Made by a program: the position numbers and the translations under genes
Source of the DNA: Octopus vulgaris
Lineage: Eukaryota
Direction of reading: 5' to 3'
Assembly: GCA_951406725.2 (NCBI GenBank)
Contig: OX597822.1
Coordinates: 36,580,001 to 36,644,000, forward strand
Length of the DNA: 64,000 bases
Notes under the pieces: model-generated
Told to the model about the DNA's origin: nothing
Databases searched by the model: none
Seen by the model: the letters and a program-made list of their open reading frames with translations, nothing else
Shown: in pieces, positions 63,423-64,000 of the stretch
Layout of the letters: every line of letters starts with the position of its first letter
How positions within the stretch are numbered: the first letter of the stretch is position 1

Positions 63423-63563
63423 GATGGATTTGTGGAATTCTATGAAAGTGGACGTGACAATCAAACCGGAGATATTTGGCCATCATTAAGAAATTTCTGT
63501 GTTTTTGCAACAGGGGCGTTGGGATTCTTGACACTAGGGGCCTTTCTGGCTCAGAAGTCCTAG
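63423..63563 (+). CDS. BCL2L1: Bcl-2/Bcl-xL-like protein, terminal coding exon B (46 aa plus stop)
   Basis: After a strong acceptor TTTTTCAG: DGFVEFYESGRDNQTGDIWPSLRNFCVFATGALGFLTLGAFLAQKS*; completes BH2 (GGW|DGFVEFY) and adds a C-terminal TM anchor with a basic tail. Confidence 0.93.
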   Translation, partial: DGFVEFYESGRDNQTGDIWPSLRNFCVFATGALGFLTLGAFLAQKS

Positions 63564-63884
63564 CATTGAGCTGTTTTCTTAGCTGAGTTTTAAGCTAAGC
63601 TCAGTTCAAGTCTAGTTCCAATTTTACTCTGGCTCAGATATGCTCTGATCCAGATGAGAATCAAGTACTGCAACAAAAAATGATTTGAATCCAGCATGGT
63701 ACACAGAAATATTAAAGCAAAATAACCCAGTCATTGTGTTTGATACAGAGTCTACCAGTCCGGTGAGAGTATGCTGAAAACAACAACAACAAAATGGCAA
63801 CATCCTCAGATTCCTTAAATTTCTTCTCACTTTCCTGAGTATATGTGTCTGTCTGGAGTAGGGCGTGTGTGTGTCTATACATAT

Positions 63885-63922
<38 letters not shown>

Positions 63923-64000
63923 GTTACATTATTAAATGTACATATCATATATAGTTATATATATATATATATGCATATTATATATTACAAATTATATACG

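Overview
AT-rich, repeat-dense animal genomic DNA. The SINE/RTE repertoire and the TA/CA microsatellite load resemble an octopus (coleoid cephalopod) genome; this is inferred from recalled repeat families, not from a search. One host gene spans nearly the whole window on the + strand: an anti-apoptotic Bcl-2/Bcl-xL-like gene. Coding exon A is 6768-7220 (BH4, BH3, BH1, start of BH2). A 56,202-bp phase-0 intron follows. Coding exon B is 63423-63563 (rest of BH2 plus the TM anchor) and is missing from the ORF track. The spliced product is 197 aa; the 203-aa ORF in the track is read-through into the intron. The rest is mostly transposable-element debris: two main tRNA-derived SINE families, many RTE LINE 3' ends, CR1-, Tx1/L1- and Penelope-like fragments, a full-length mariner, Tc1 relics, Helitron relics and three intact non-autonomous Helitrons, and several MITE families. 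Notable features are a perfect 40-bp hairpin, two ~300-bp foldbacks, tail-to-tail retroposon pairs (possible dsRNA/ADAR substrates in the pre-mRNA), a CpG-retaining promoter-like patch inside the intron, and a uORF whose stop overlaps a second in-frame ATG. I found no convincing novel multi-gene system. Boundaries of degraded repeats are approximate, and counts and identities were estimated by eye.
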